A stretch of 64,000 nucleotides of DNA from a virus. The notes under the pieces are model-generated. The model was not told where the DNA came from and did no database searches. It worked only from the letters and a program-made list of their open reading frames with translations. The position numbers and the translations under genes were made by a program. The DNA lies in the IMG/VR virus record IMGVR_UViG_3300021963_000084, positions 1 through 64,000 of that record; one strand, written 5' to 3'. Shown here one piece after another: positions 33,201-42,812 of the stretch (the first letter of the stretch is position 1; each line of letters opens with the position of its first letter).

Positions 33201-36200
33201 TGATTCAGATTTTACTAACGAAATTATTCCATTGATCTACGCTGATGGATATAAACTCAAGGGAGTTTATATGTCAACTTCTGGAGCATCAGCAACAGTT
33301 AATGATGTCAATATTACTGATAATTTTATTTTTGATGGCGGACAAAGAGAAACTTATTATGACCTCGCACGATTAATTAGAAAACCAGGAGCACCTGTTC
33401 CCACTAACAAATTATTAGTAGTGTTTGATTATTTTAGACACGTAGGTGCTGGTGATTATTTTGTTGTTGATTCATATACTAACATTGATTACGGCGATAT
33501 TCCTACCTTCAATTCTAGTGTTCATGGTCTGGTTTCTCTATCAGATGTTGTTGATTTTAGACCACGAGTTGCTGATTATAATGAAACCAATGGATCTTGG
33601 ATCGCTGGATTTGCTGACAAGAGTTTCATAGAGTCTGCAAATTTTGATGGAGGTGGAGCATCTGCTTCATATGTTGCATTATTTGGTCAACCCTTTGATA
33701 CAGGTTATCGTTATTATCTCAATAGAATTGATTCAATTTATCTTAATAAATCTGGACGTTTTGTTGTTGCATCAGGAACACCATCACTGAATCCCCAAGT
33801 TCCTTCTCAAATTGATGATGCTATCCTCTTATATACTTTAAATATTCCTGCATATACTGCTAATGTTTCTGATATCAAAATTAGAAGTTTTGATAACAGG
33901 CGTTACACTATGCGTGATATTGGAAAGTTAGTTAAGAGAATTGAAAAACTCGAATACTACACTACTCTCAGTTTACTTGAGCAGGACACATTTAATTCTC
34001 AAGTTCGTGATGAAAACGGAAATGAAAGATTTAAGAATGGTATTATTGTAGATAATTTTGAAGGACATAATGTAGGTAATACATTATCTACTGACTATGC
34101 TTGTTCTGTAGATACTCAAACAGGTATTTTGAGACCAAGTTTCTATGCATCACAAACTGAATTAATTGAAAATAACTTAACAGATGCTCAGAGAACTGCA
34201 AATGGATATAAGAGAACTGGTGATTTAATTACTCTTCCCTATACTGAACAATCAACTGTTCTAAATCAATTTGCCACTAGAAATTTAACTATTAATCCAG
34301 GAAGAGCATCTAGATATGCTGGGGTAATGACTCTTGAACCAAATATTGATGAATGGAGAGACACCATAACTCCACCTGAGTTAGTTGTAAATGAAAATTC
34401 TATTTTTGATACTATTAGGAATAATTCTACTGATCTTTGGGGAAGTATTTGGAATGACTGGCAATTTGCCTGGACAGGAACTCAGTCTTATAATCTTGCT
34501 AACTCGACAACTAGTATTTCAAACGGTATTGCTCAATTTGGAGATAACACAAATAATCTTGTCAGAGGTTCTACTAGAACAAGGTCGAGAAATGGTACTC
34601 AGAATAGATTAACTCCATATGGTTCAGCAGTGAACGCTGTTGGTGAAAGAGTAGTTGCTAATGTTTATAATCCTTATATTAGAAGTAGAGTTGTTTCTTT
34701 TGTAGCAAGAGGTCTTGAACCAAATACAAGACTGTACGCTTTCTTTGATGGTATTGATGTAAATGCTTGGGTAAGTCCAGACAATGTTAATGGACTATTA
34801 ACTCCTTTTACTGGAGTAGCAGGTTATGCTGAACTCGGTTTTGGTCAAGCAATTACTACTGATGCAAATGGAAATATTAGTGGTCAATTTTTAATTCCTA
34901 ACGGATATGCACCTGTTTCTGGCAGAAGAGTTCTTGATTTAACTTCATCTCCATCTACTTTCTATCAAACATCTGGAGAACAGAGAAGATTTACTGCAGG
35001 AACTAAAGTTCTCAGACTTACTTCAAGTTCAACCAATACTTCAGATCAGACAAGTGTAACTACTTTTGTTGAATCTGAATATGTAGTAAGTGGATCTCCA
35101 GAAACTAGTCTTGGAAGTATTCAATCAACTCGTGTTCCCTCTATCAGCAGAAGATCTATTTCAAACTCTGATACTGTTCAGTTTGTAGGAACAAATAGAG
35201 TTAACGTAAATCAATCTGGGTTATTAGATCCAATTGCACAAACATTTGAGGTTAGTGGTTTTGATGAGGGATTATTCTTAACCAGTTTAGATTTATATTT
35301 CCAAAATAAAACTACATCTTCTGGAACTGATACCGATAGACCTGTCACTGTTTATTTGACTGAAACTACTGCAGGTGTACCTACTAGAAGAACTTTACCA
35401 TTCAGTGAAGTTACACTAAACCCTGATACTATTCTTAGGATTAGAACCACAAATACTGTATCTCCTGGAGTATCTTTTACTGCTGGTGTTACAGTTACAG
35501 GAGTTTCTTCTGGAGCTACAGGAGAGATTAAAACTACTCAAGTTGTTAGTGATCCAAATACTAGATATAATTTAAGATTGAGAAATCATAATGGTATTTC
35601 TTTTATTCCAGGTGAACAACTAATACTGAACGTTTCTCCTGCAATCACAACAACACAATTCTTTATTGATCTTGATAGTGGTCAAGTAGAAAGTATTAAA
35701 GTGACAGATTTCGGAAGTGGATATTCATCAGTAGCAGGTGGAGTAACTATTAACATCACAGGTGATAATGGTGGTGCATTTGGAATTCCTGCAGCAGCGG
35801 TTGCTGATGTATATGAGGGAAGGATTTATAATATTAGAGTTACTAATCCTGGAAATGGATATTATGCTGCTCCAGCAGTATCAATCACTGGAACTGGTGG
35901 TACTGGTGCAACTGCACAAGCAATTTTTAGAATCACTAATCCAGCAGTTAAAATGGGGATTTCTGTTTCTACAGATGCAACTGTTAAAACAAGATTTACA
36001 TTCCCATCTCCTGTTTACTTAGCAAACAATACTACTTATGCTTTTGTAGTATCAAGTACTTCACCTGATTATACAGTTTATACCTCAAGAGTTGGTGAAG
36101 CACTTTTAGCAAGTACAGTATTAGCTACAAATCAACCTGGAGTTGGTTCTCTTTATAAGGCACAAAATTCTTCTTCCTGGGTAGAAGATCCTATAGAAGA

Positions 36201-37872
36201 TATCAAGTTTACTATAAACAGAGCTGTTTTCTCAAGAGGATCTACAGCAAACGTTGAATTAGTAAATAAAGATCTTGAAACCGTCATTCTTCCTAATAAT
36301 CCAATTAGCGTTGATAACACTGTAGGAACTTCTTCAGTATTTGGCGGAAATGAAAAAATTCTAAGAATAAATCATCCAAATCATGGTATGCAATCTGGTG
36401 ATGTGGTATTCTTAAGTGGTATTGCTGGTATCGGAAGTCCTGAAAATGTTTTCGGAATTCCTGTTTCTATTTTAAATGGATTCCATGATATTTTCAATGT
36501 TGGACTTGATGATTACTGTATTTTAATCAATAGTACTTTATGGAGTTCTATTCCAGTTACATTAACTGGAAGTGGTTCTGGTGGGGGTTCTCTAGTAAGA
36601 GCAACGACAAATAAATTATATCAGATCATTCAATCTCAAGTGGGAACACTCGCATTTTCTTCATCATCTGTATCTCATTCTATTACCACTACAAATGGCA
36701 AAGCAGTTGATAGTTCAACTACTAATGAATATACATTAAGCAGTGCTGTTAATATTATACCAGGAGAAAATTATTTCTTTGATACAAGTAGAGTAATTGC
36801 TTCTGCACTAAATGAAATTAATTATGATGGCGTAAATCGTCTTAATGGAAGAAAAACATTAACATATACATTATCAATGCAAACTGGAAGAGACAATGTT
36901 TCTCCAGTAATTGATCTTAGAAGAGCAAATGTAATTACAGTCGGAAGTAGATTAGATAATCCAACTGGAAATGAAGTAAGATATGGTGCAAAGAGTCAGG
37001 TATTGACAGTTCCTACTTCTTCTTCATATAGTTTAACTTCTACAACTCAACTTGTAAAAACTACTATCATCAATTTTACTGCTGCAGCTGGTGGATCTTT
37101 TGCCGTCACAACTGGATCTCCAACAGTATTGAATCAAATCCAAGGAGGAACAGTGGTGACTGGTGAAATTGTTTCTGTATCAGCAGGGCAACTTAAAGTA
37201 ATTAATACCACAGGAACTTTTGTAAGTGGCACACAAATTAGTCAAACAATTGGTGCTGCTACAATTACTACTACTCCTACGAGTGTGGTGAATAAGAGTG
37301 GTATTGTAAATGGATGGGATTCTGGAAATGGAACTCTGCGTATTAAATTAACAAGTGAAACACCATTTACTGCAAATGATATTATTAATGATTTTTCAGC
37401 AACCCCAACTGCAAGGTTAATTTCTGCTGCTTCTTCGACTAGAGGATTCTTGTTTATTCCTGATACTGAACCAATTGGTACTTCTACGAAATCAAAATAT
37501 CTCACAAAAGAAGTAACTCTTGAAGCACCAGCAGAATCTCTTGATGTAAGAATTACTGCAAATCTCTTCTCTAATAGTGATATGAAGGTTATGTATAAGA
37601 TTAAAGAAGATGGAAGCACTCAAGACTTCAATAGAATTTCTTGGAGTTACTTCAATGGCACTGGACTATCAGACAATAATGCAACTGCAACCCCAGATAC
37701 ATTGAACACCCAATCACCAACTGCAGAAGATTTAAACTCTTATATTGAGTATAGATTCACCGCAAATGATTTGGCACCTTTCAAGTCATTTGCAATTAAA
37801 ATTGTATTTACCAGCAGTAATCCTGCTTACCCGCCAAGAGTAGAAGACCTTCGTGCAATCGCTCATTCATAA
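30235..37872 (+). CDS. DUF4815/VrlC-like virion structural protein
   Basis: MPQNTNLNRSPYFDDFD...YRVLFRPG..IQSRELT.LQSILQ; APGAHR; RRYTMRDIG.L.KRI..LEYYT.LSLLE. Confidence 0.88.
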   Translation: MPQNTNLNRSPYFDDFDPIKNFYRVLFRPGYSIQSRELTSLQSILQNQIEQLSKSRFKQGSIVVPGEIIYDDRYDYVKLSSFTNNLLITDYIGTRVTGSVSGLVATIVNATAATATDSATFFVKYENSGSSTTATRFTEGETLTANSAGNPTAIVGITGTARPTSTPAVGSGSAVTVNEGVYFINGTLVRTDRQTVILDKYGNTPSYKVGFVVSETLVTPEEDFSLLDNAQGYSNFTAPGAHRLKITVTLAKRALDFPEQRDFVQLLLIQGGVVRQTVETGDNSSLFEDVLARRTYDESGDYVVRDFNLGLREHLNSGSNNGVYLASAGGDAGKFIAELSPGKAYVRGYEIETTSTRYVEINKARDTATNSDVALSILEGPNFTVRNLYGFPDIENISGGGGLVITSTKSFSEVKLFQNYSDGMFGDTSYGSDTTSPESEVCWIITVTGAGLSAITAAAAGGTWVISSAPGGSINGIIKNYSVNAAGTFATLFVTKTGTGIFRAGNSIAISTTGGNVTATLSTYEKISSGLVGISKTKYIKLLSPGSTTSNVLDKLSTTFKLGLFKTNYTTKIVCKNSVNFFTGGTTLAVGRYVYGQSSGASGILETYSDEGREIFLSNVSGTFRPGETIITEPIGTSTPVNFIEPEGTIEYFKQVNGGTGYTTASGITVTINGVDKTSIIGTSNINVSGGKVNSIDLTPSVREALGSSYTTPPTVVISGGGGTAAEFIAITNSNTVVNFDSSYVRSFYGFTSNNYFSGDISSVQNDYVVSNGALFSASDGDHFIRADNLGARPDLDLINGDIIRVVNNTGASTKYIVRQAVRDSGSNTARIYVYGKVLSTFGAKTVTRIRTKLNGLTSDTNIIPFANKNVSTAVLNPGSNTEINYTIQKEFVDILDGSGSKTFTLSTGESFINDTYVFTLLTSHPTIAVISAGSLIDISSNVTNSGSSLTVNLGSTYSGLQFKLVATVRKSDTTPKTKTLFVDATQNIDSDFTNEIIPLIYADGYKLKGVYMSTSGASATVNDVNITDNFIFDGGQRETYYDLARLIRKPGAPVPTNKLLVVFDYFRHVGAGDYFVVDSYTNIDYGDIPTFNSSVHGLVSLSDVVDFRPRVADYNETNGSWIAGFADKSFIESANFDGGGASASYVALFGQPFDTGYRYYLNRIDSIYLNKSGRFVVASGTPSLNPQVPSQIDDAILLYTLNIPAYTANVSDIKIRSFDNRRYTMRDIGKLVKRIEKLEYYTTLSLLEQDTFNSQVRDENGNERFKNGIIVDNFEGHNVGNTLSTDYACSVDTQTGILRPSFYASQTELIENNLTDAQRTANGYKRTGDLITLPYTEQSTVLNQFATRNLTINPGRASRYAGVMTLEPNIDEWRDTITPPELVVNENSIFDTIRNNSTDLWGSIWNDWQFAWTGTQSYNLANSTTSISNGIAQFGDNTNNLVRGSTRTRSRNGTQNRLTPYGSAVNAVGERVVANVYNPYIRSRVVSFVARGLEPNTRLYAFFDGIDVNAWVSPDNVNGLLTPFTGVAGYAELGFGQAITTDANGNISGQFLIPNGYAPVSGRRVLDLTSSPSTFYQTSGEQRRFTAGTKVLRLTSSSTNTSDQTSVTTFVESEYVVSGSPETSLGSIQSTRVPSISRRSISNSDTVQFVGTNRVNVNQSGLLDPIAQTFEVSGFDEGLFLTSLDLYFQNKTTSSGTDTDRPVTVYLTETTAGVPTRRTLPFSEVTLNPDTILRIRTTNTVSPGVSFTAGVTVTGVSSGATGEIKTTQVVSDPNTRYNLRLRNHNGISFIPGEQLILNVSPAITTTQFFIDLDSGQVESIKVTDFGSGYSSVAGGVTINITGDNGGAFGIPAAAVADVYEGRIYNIRVTNPGNGYYAAPAVSITGTGGTGATAQAIFRITNPAVKMGISVSTDATVKTRFTFPSPVYLANNTTYAFVVSSTSPDYTVYTSRVGEALLASTVLATNQPGVGSLYKAQNSSSWVEDPIEDIKFTINRAVFSRGSTANVELVNKDLETVILPNNPISVDNTVGTSSVFGGNEKILRINHPNHGMQSGDVVFLSGIAGIGSPENVFGIPVSILNGFHDIFNVGLDDYCILINSTLWSSIPVTLTGSGSGGGSLVRATTNKLYQIIQSQVGTLAFSSSSVSHSITTTNGKAVDSSTTNEYTLSSAVNIIPGENYFFDTSRVIASALNEINYDGVNRLNGRKTLTYTLSMQTGRDNVSPVIDLRRANVITVGSRLDNPTGNEVRYGAKSQVLTVPTSSSYSLTSTTQLVKTTIINFTAAAGGSFAVTTGSPTVLNQIQGGTVVTGEIVSVSAGQLKVINTTGTFVSGTQISQTIGAATITTTPTSVVNKSGIVNGWDSGNGTLRIKLTSETPFTANDIINDFSATPTARLISAASSTRGFLFIPDTEPIGTSTKSKYLTKEVTLEAPAESLDVRITANLFSNSDMKVMYKIKEDGSTQDFNRISWSYFNGTGLSDNNATATPDTLNTQSPTAEDLNSYIEYRFTANDLAPFKSFAIKIVFTSSNPAYPPRVEDLRAIAHS

Positions 37873-38075
37873 TGGACAAGTATAAAGTAGAAGGTCACGC
37901 TGATCTTTATCGTGATATGAATTCAGGTGCCATCATTAATTCAAATTATGATGAGTACCTGAAATATAAAAAGGCAAAGGCAAACCGTGACAATATGGTT
38001 AATGAGATAAATACTTTGAAGCAAGAACTTGATGAAATCAAGCAATTATTAAAGCAACTTACCAATGGCAATTAG
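37872..38075 (+). CDS. conserved coiled-coil hypothetical protein
   Basis: KVEGHADLYRD..SGAIIN followed by a coiled coil. Confidence 0.8.
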   Translation: MDKYKVEGHADLYRDMNSGAIINSNYDEYLKYKKAKANRDNMVNEINTLKQELDEIKQLLKQLTNGN

Positions 38076-40251
38076 AGAAGTTTTACTTAGCAATACTTTT
38101 GAGCAGCAACGTCAGTTAATCAATCTGATCGGAACTGATATTGGTGATTGTCAAAACTTAGTTACTCCGTCAAAAGTAGTTACTACTTCTGTTAATCAGG
38201 TAGTTGCTGGTTTTGTTACTCTTTCAGGGCAAACAATTCAACTTGAAGATGGTTCTTTAGGAACACCAAGTTTATCTTTTGATAGTGCTACTAATTTAGG
38301 TCTTTATAAGGTAGACGCAAATACTCTTGGTGTTACAAAAAGTCTTTATGTGGCTAGTGGTCTCACAGTAGAAGGAGATATTACATTTAGAGCTGGTAAT
38401 GGTAGTGCTGGTAGTATTATTTTTGGAGATTTAGATACTGATAATATTGTCTTTAATGCTGATTTAAATTCACACGCTATTCCCAATATCGATAATACCT
38501 ATGATTTAGGTTCTTTATCTAAGGAATGGAGAAATCTTTACATTGATGGAACTGCTTATATTGATACTCTTCAAGTTGATGAAGATTTAACTGTTACTGG
38601 AAACGTTGCAGTAAATGGCGGTAACGTTACAACTACTTCAAACACTGTTACAGTATTTAATTCAACAGCTGTAAATGCGCTTGTTTTAGGTGATGCTACT
38701 ACTATCACTTTAGGCGCAACAACAGGAACTTTAACCTTAAGAAATCCTACAGTTGTAGGAACAAATACGACTCAAAATCTTTATAATACTGTAGCAACCA
38801 CAGTAAATGCTTTTGGTGCGGCATACAATGTAACCATGGGTGTTACTGCTCCCAGTGGAGTTCCCAATACTAATTTTAGAATCAGAAGTGATGATACAGT
38901 ATTAGATGGTGATTTAAATGTAAATGGTGGTGAGATTTTATCTAGTCAGAATACTTTTTTATTATTAATTAATAATAGTGATATTAGAATTGGTTCTACT
39001 ATTGGAACTGGAACTACAGTAATTAATAATTCTTTAAAAATTAAAGGTTCTTCCCTTGATTTATCAAATCAAGCAGTCACAGTTTCTCTGATTGATAATG
39101 TTAATCCAGCCCTTAGAATTAGAGAGGGAACAAATGATTATTTGAGTTTCCAAACAACAGACAGTGCTGAAAAAGTTATCTTCCACAAAAATGCAAATTT
39201 CACCCAGAACGGGTACTTCGGAGATAATAATATTTTGCATCTCGGAGACAGTAATGATCTAGCAATCTACCACGATGGTTCTCATAGTTACATCAGAGAT
39301 CAAGGAACTGGAAATCTTTATATTCAAGGAACTAATAATGTTTCTATCAGAAAAGATGATGGTTCTGAAGTTATGGCAGTATTCAATGCCGATGGTGCAT
39401 CAGAACTTTACTTTGATAACTCTAAGAAACTTGAAACAACTGCAACAGGAATTACTGTAACAGGTGATATCTCTGTTTCTAATATTAACGGCGCTGGAGC
39501 TACATTTACAGGAAATGTAACTGCTTCTGGTGTTACAGTAAATGGTAATTTGACTGTAAATGGCACAACCACTACAATAAATTCAACTGTACTAAGTATT
39601 GATGATGTTAATATTGTACTTGCCGATGGTGCATCGACTTCAGCAGCAGTAGATGGTGCTGGCATTACACTCGGAACCACTGGAATTACTTTCACTTATT
39701 CAAACACTGGAACTCGCTGGTCATCAACAGAAAACTTAAATATTGCTACAGGAAAAACTTATCAAATTGCAGGAACTACAGTTCTTTCTGCAACTCAAGT
39801 ATTAGGAAGAGGATTTACTAATGCTGCTGGTGAAATTGTAACTACAGATGGCACTCAAACTTTAAGTGCTAAAACATTAACCAGTCCAGCAATTAATGGT
39901 GGTGCCTTTGGATCAGCAAGTTCAACGACTGATGCAGATGCTACTGTTGATGCTTCTGTAACTACTTTATATGCATATGTGCAAAGTGCCAGTACAACAG
40001 CAAGAACAATTAATATTAGCAACCTTGCTCCAGGAAGAATCATTGAATTGTATTTAAGAAATACTAACGCTGGAGCAAAAACAATTAACATTACAGCAAG
40101 CAATACCACAACTGGATTTACTGCTGTCAACCTTTCTAAAGGTGATGCTGGCGGCACAAGTCAAACTAGCGTAACGTTGGCTGCTACTTCAGGAACAGCA
40201 GTTGTACTTATCTTTAACGCAAATGGTGTGATCGGAGGCAGCATTTCATAA
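38065..40251 (+). CDS. fibre-like tail/baseplate protein
   Basis: SNTFEQQRQLIN start; beta-helix-like GNLTVNGTTTTINS and YDLGS..KEWRNLYIDG fibre motifs. Confidence 0.7.
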   Translation: MAIREVLLSNTFEQQRQLINLIGTDIGDCQNLVTPSKVVTTSVNQVVAGFVTLSGQTIQLEDGSLGTPSLSFDSATNLGLYKVDANTLGVTKSLYVASGLTVEGDITFRAGNGSAGSIIFGDLDTDNIVFNADLNSHAIPNIDNTYDLGSLSKEWRNLYIDGTAYIDTLQVDEDLTVTGNVAVNGGNVTTTSNTVTVFNSTAVNALVLGDATTITLGATTGTLTLRNPTVVGTNTTQNLYNTVATTVNAFGAAYNVTMGVTAPSGVPNTNFRIRSDDTVLDGDLNVNGGEILSSQNTFLLLINNSDIRIGSTIGTGTTVINNSLKIKGSSLDLSNQAVTVSLIDNVNPALRIREGTNDYLSFQTTDSAEKVIFHKNANFTQNGYFGDNNILHLGDSNDLAIYHDGSHSYIRDQGTGNLYIQGTNNVSIRKDDGSEVMAVFNADGASELYFDNSKKLETTATGITVTGDISVSNINGAGATFTGNVTASGVTVNGNLTVNGTTTTINSTVLSIDDVNIVLADGASTSAAVDGAGITLGTTGITFTYSNTGTRWSSTENLNIATGKTYQIAGTTVLSATQVLGRGFTNAAGEIVTTDGTQTLSAKTLTSPAINGGAFGSASSTTDADATVDASVTTLYAYVQSASTTARTINISNLAPGRIIELYLRNTNAGAKTINITASNTTTGFTAVNLSKGDAGGTSQTSVTLAATSGTAVVLIFNANGVIGGSIS

Positions 40252-40258
40252 TCCTTCC

Positions 40259-40287
40259 TTGACAACCCTTATAAATTATAGTATGAT
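40259..40287 (+). promoter_or_regulatory. sigma70-type promoter for the glycosyltransferase unit
   Basis: TTGACA-N17-TATGAT. Confidence 0.8.
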
Positions 40288-40310
40288 GTCTATGAAAAAT
40301 TGTCATTTCT

Positions 40311-41492
40311 ATGAGTAAGAAAAAATTATTGTGGATTGGTGACTGTGTTATTCCGAGTGGATTTGGCAGAGTATCAGAATCCATTCTGACTAGAATTCAT
40401 TCAAAATATGATACCACAGTAATGGGTATCAATTATTTTGGTCAAAAACACGAGTTTCCATTTAAAATTTTCGCCGCTAGTACTAAAGGTGGTGCATCAG
40501 ATCCTTATGGATTCAATTATGTTGAAGAACTTTATAATGCTATTAAACCAGATATCATTGTAGCATTCAATGATGTTTGGATTATTAATATGTATTGGCA
40601 AAAACTTAAGGCATATAAAGAATCTGATGAATTTAAGTGGATTAATTATTTCCCTGTAGATGGGGGCGGTTGGTTTGAACCAGTCGTAAAATGGATGGAG
40701 GAAACAGATCTTTCTGTTACATACACTAATTATGCAAAAAACGTAATTCTTGAAGCTGGTTATGAAGGTAAAATTGAAACCTTAGAGCACGGTGTTGACA
40801 CGCAAACTTTTTTTCCTATGGACAAAAAGCAATGCCGAGGTATTATTGGCAAAATGCAAGATGATGATTTCATTGTATTCAATGGCAATCGTAATCAACC
40901 ACGCAAAAGAATTGATTTAACTATTATGGCATTTGCCAGGTTTGCGGTTGACAAACCAGATGCTAAATTATACCTACATATGGGTGTTAAGGATTGTGGA
41001 TGGGACATTGTACCTCTTTTCAATACTGAAATGAAGAAGAATGGTCTAGACCCACAAGGAAGACTATATCTTTCTGGTTTGGAAATGACTCCTGAAAAAA
41101 ATGCAATCACTCCAGAAGTTCTCAACATCATCTATAATTCAGTTGATGTTGGAGTAAATACTTCTGAAGGAGAAGGTTGGGGTCTTGTTCCTTTTGAGCA
41201 CGCTGCAACTGGTTGTCCTCAAGTAGTTCCTAACTATGCTGCAAGTGCTGAATTGTTTAAGAATGCTGGTAGTTTAGTTGATATTGCTTTTATGGGTAAA
41301 GATGTTAACTACGGAATTGATAGAGCATATGTATCAGTAGAAGGAATAGTGGAAGAACTTAATAAACTTTATAATGACAAAAAACATTATGAATCTTGTT
41401 CCAAAAAATGTATGGCTCTAACTCAGAGACCAGAATATAAGTGGGACAATATCGCTAAAAAAATGAACAAGTACATCTCATCGGTAATTTAA
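40311..41492 (+). CDS. glycosyltransferase (GT-B fold, GT4-like)
   Basis: PSGFGRV, HGVDTQTFFP, NRNQPRKRID, EGEGWGLVPFEHAATG.P (EX7E motif). Confidence 0.9.
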   Translation: MSKKKLLWIGDCVIPSGFGRVSESILTRIHSKYDTTVMGINYFGQKHEFPFKIFAASTKGGASDPYGFNYVEELYNAIKPDIIVAFNDVWIINMYWQKLKAYKESDEFKWINYFPVDGGGWFEPVVKWMEETDLSVTYTNYAKNVILEAGYEGKIETLEHGVDTQTFFPMDKKQCRGIIGKMQDDDFIVFNGNRNQPRKRIDLTIMAFARFAVDKPDAKLYLHMGVKDCGWDIVPLFNTEMKKNGLDPQGRLYLSGLEMTPEKNAITPEVLNIIYNSVDVGVNTSEGEGWGLVPFEHAATGCPQVVPNYAASAELFKNAGSLVDIAFMGKDVNYGIDRAYVSVEGIVEELNKLYNDKKHYESCSKKCMALTQRPEYKWDNIAKKMNKYISSVI

Positions 41493-41496
41493 AACT

Positions 41497-41679
41497 ATGG
41501 AACGCACAGAACTTAAAGAAAATTTCACCAATCAGTTTAATACTGTAATCGATGAAATCAAAAATCTTGAAGCACAATTAACTGCTAAACGAGAAATGGC
41601 ACTTAAACTTAAAGGCGCTATCGAAGCACTATCACTTTTAGAAACTGAAAATACTGAAGAAGAACCTTCAGAAGAATGA
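41497..41679 (+). CDS. small coiled-coil protein
   Basis: 60 aa; LKLKGAIEAL. Confidence 0.7.
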   Translation: MERTELKENFTNQFNTVIDEIKNLEAQLTAKREMALKLKGAIEALSLLETENTEEEPSEE

Positions 41680-41688
41680 TAAATACAG

Positions 41689-41720
41689 ACCTTCCTTATA
41701 AATAACAAGGAAGGTTTTTT
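41689..41720 (+). terminator. intrinsic terminator with a late promoter (TATAAATA 41697-41704) in its loop
   Basis: ACCTTCCTT-ataaataac-AAGGAAGGT followed by a T run. Confidence 0.8.
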
Positions 41721-41726
41721 CATTAT

Positions 41727-42059
41727 ATGTCCGCAATTACAATTAATGTAGTAATAGAGCAGGGGTCTGATTTTGCAGCGACCTTTACCATTAAGAATGC
41801 GGATGGTTCTTACTTGAATCTGACTGGATTCACAGCAGAAAGTAAGATGAAAAAAAGTTACTACACTAGTAGTTCTGTGGCATTAAATGTTACTTTTACT
41901 GATAGAAGTAGAGGAATGATTACATTATCATTACCCGCTGCAACTACAACTACATTGACACCAAAAAGATACGTTTATGATATTATCTTAACTTCACCAA
42001 TTGGAGTTAAAACTAGAGTTGTTGAAGGAATTGCTACAGTAACTCCAGGAGTAACATAG
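41727..42059 (+). CDS. conserved virion structural protein
   Basis: NVVIEQGSDF...NLTGFTA..KMKK...RYVYDI...KTRVVEG...VTPGVT. Confidence 0.75.
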   Translation: MSAITINVVIEQGSDFAATFTIKNADGSYLNLTGFTAESKMKKSYYTSSSVALNVTFTDRSRGMITLSLPAATTTTLTPKRYVYDIILTSPIGVKTRVVEGIATVTPGVT

Positions 42060-42760
42060 TGTCCGACTTTCAGGTAACGTTAAACACTAATAATTATACT
42101 GTAGTTCCACAGGAACCAGATGAATATCGTGTTGGTGTAGATTATGCACCAGATAATAAATCTATTCAATATCAAAATTTAATTATTGATAATTTGTCAG
42201 GGCAATTTGATTGTGTCCGCAGAACTTTTGATATTAGAGTAGGTGGGGTTTTGTATAATGCACTTAACGATCAACAACTTATCATATCACTAAATAATGT
42301 TATATTGCAGCCTGGTGTAGGTTATACTGTATCAGGTAATCAGATTACTTTTGCGACTGCTCCTTGTAATGTTCCCTTTTTTGGTATCGCTTTAGCAAAC
42401 ACCGCTGATTTGACAAGAACCATAAATTATGTTGTTGATTATGGGTCTAGTCCCATTAATGTTGGCGATAAAGGGTCTCTTGCAATTGATGTCACTGGTG
42501 TGATAGAATCTTGGGTATTGGTTGCTGATCAAATTGGTAGTTTGGTTTTGGACATTAGAAAAGCATCATATGCTGATTATCCAAATGTCACTACAATATG
42601 TGGAGGGACTAGACCCTCATTAGTAAACCAAAACAAAAACACCAGCAGCAATTTAGGTACTTGGAATAAAGTTCTTAATGCTGGTGATATCTTAAATTAT
42701 AATGTTATCTCAGTGACTGGAATCAACAGGTTCTCAATCGCACTGAAAGTAAAATTATAA
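42059..42760 (+). CDS. putative virion structural protein
   Basis: GTG start overlapping the previous stop; QLIISLNNVILQPG module. Confidence 0.7.
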   Translation: MSDFQVTLNTNNYTVVPQEPDEYRVGVDYAPDNKSIQYQNLIIDNLSGQFDCVRRTFDIRVGGVLYNALNDQQLIISLNNVILQPGVGYTVSGNQITFATAPCNVPFFGIALANTADLTRTINYVVDYGSSPINVGDKGSLAIDVTGVIESWVLVADQIGSLVLDIRKASYADYPNVTTICGGTRPSLVNQNKNTSSNLGTWNKVLNAGDILNYNVISVTGINRFSIALKVKL

Positions 42761-42763
42761 ATA
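42756..42763 (+). promoter_or_regulatory. T4-type late promoter
   Basis: TATAAATA; GGAGG RBS downstream. Confidence 0.75.
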
Positions 42764-42812
42764 TATTTGAATTCAATACGAAAGTCAATTTTTTCCTCGG
42801 AGGAACTTTTAA

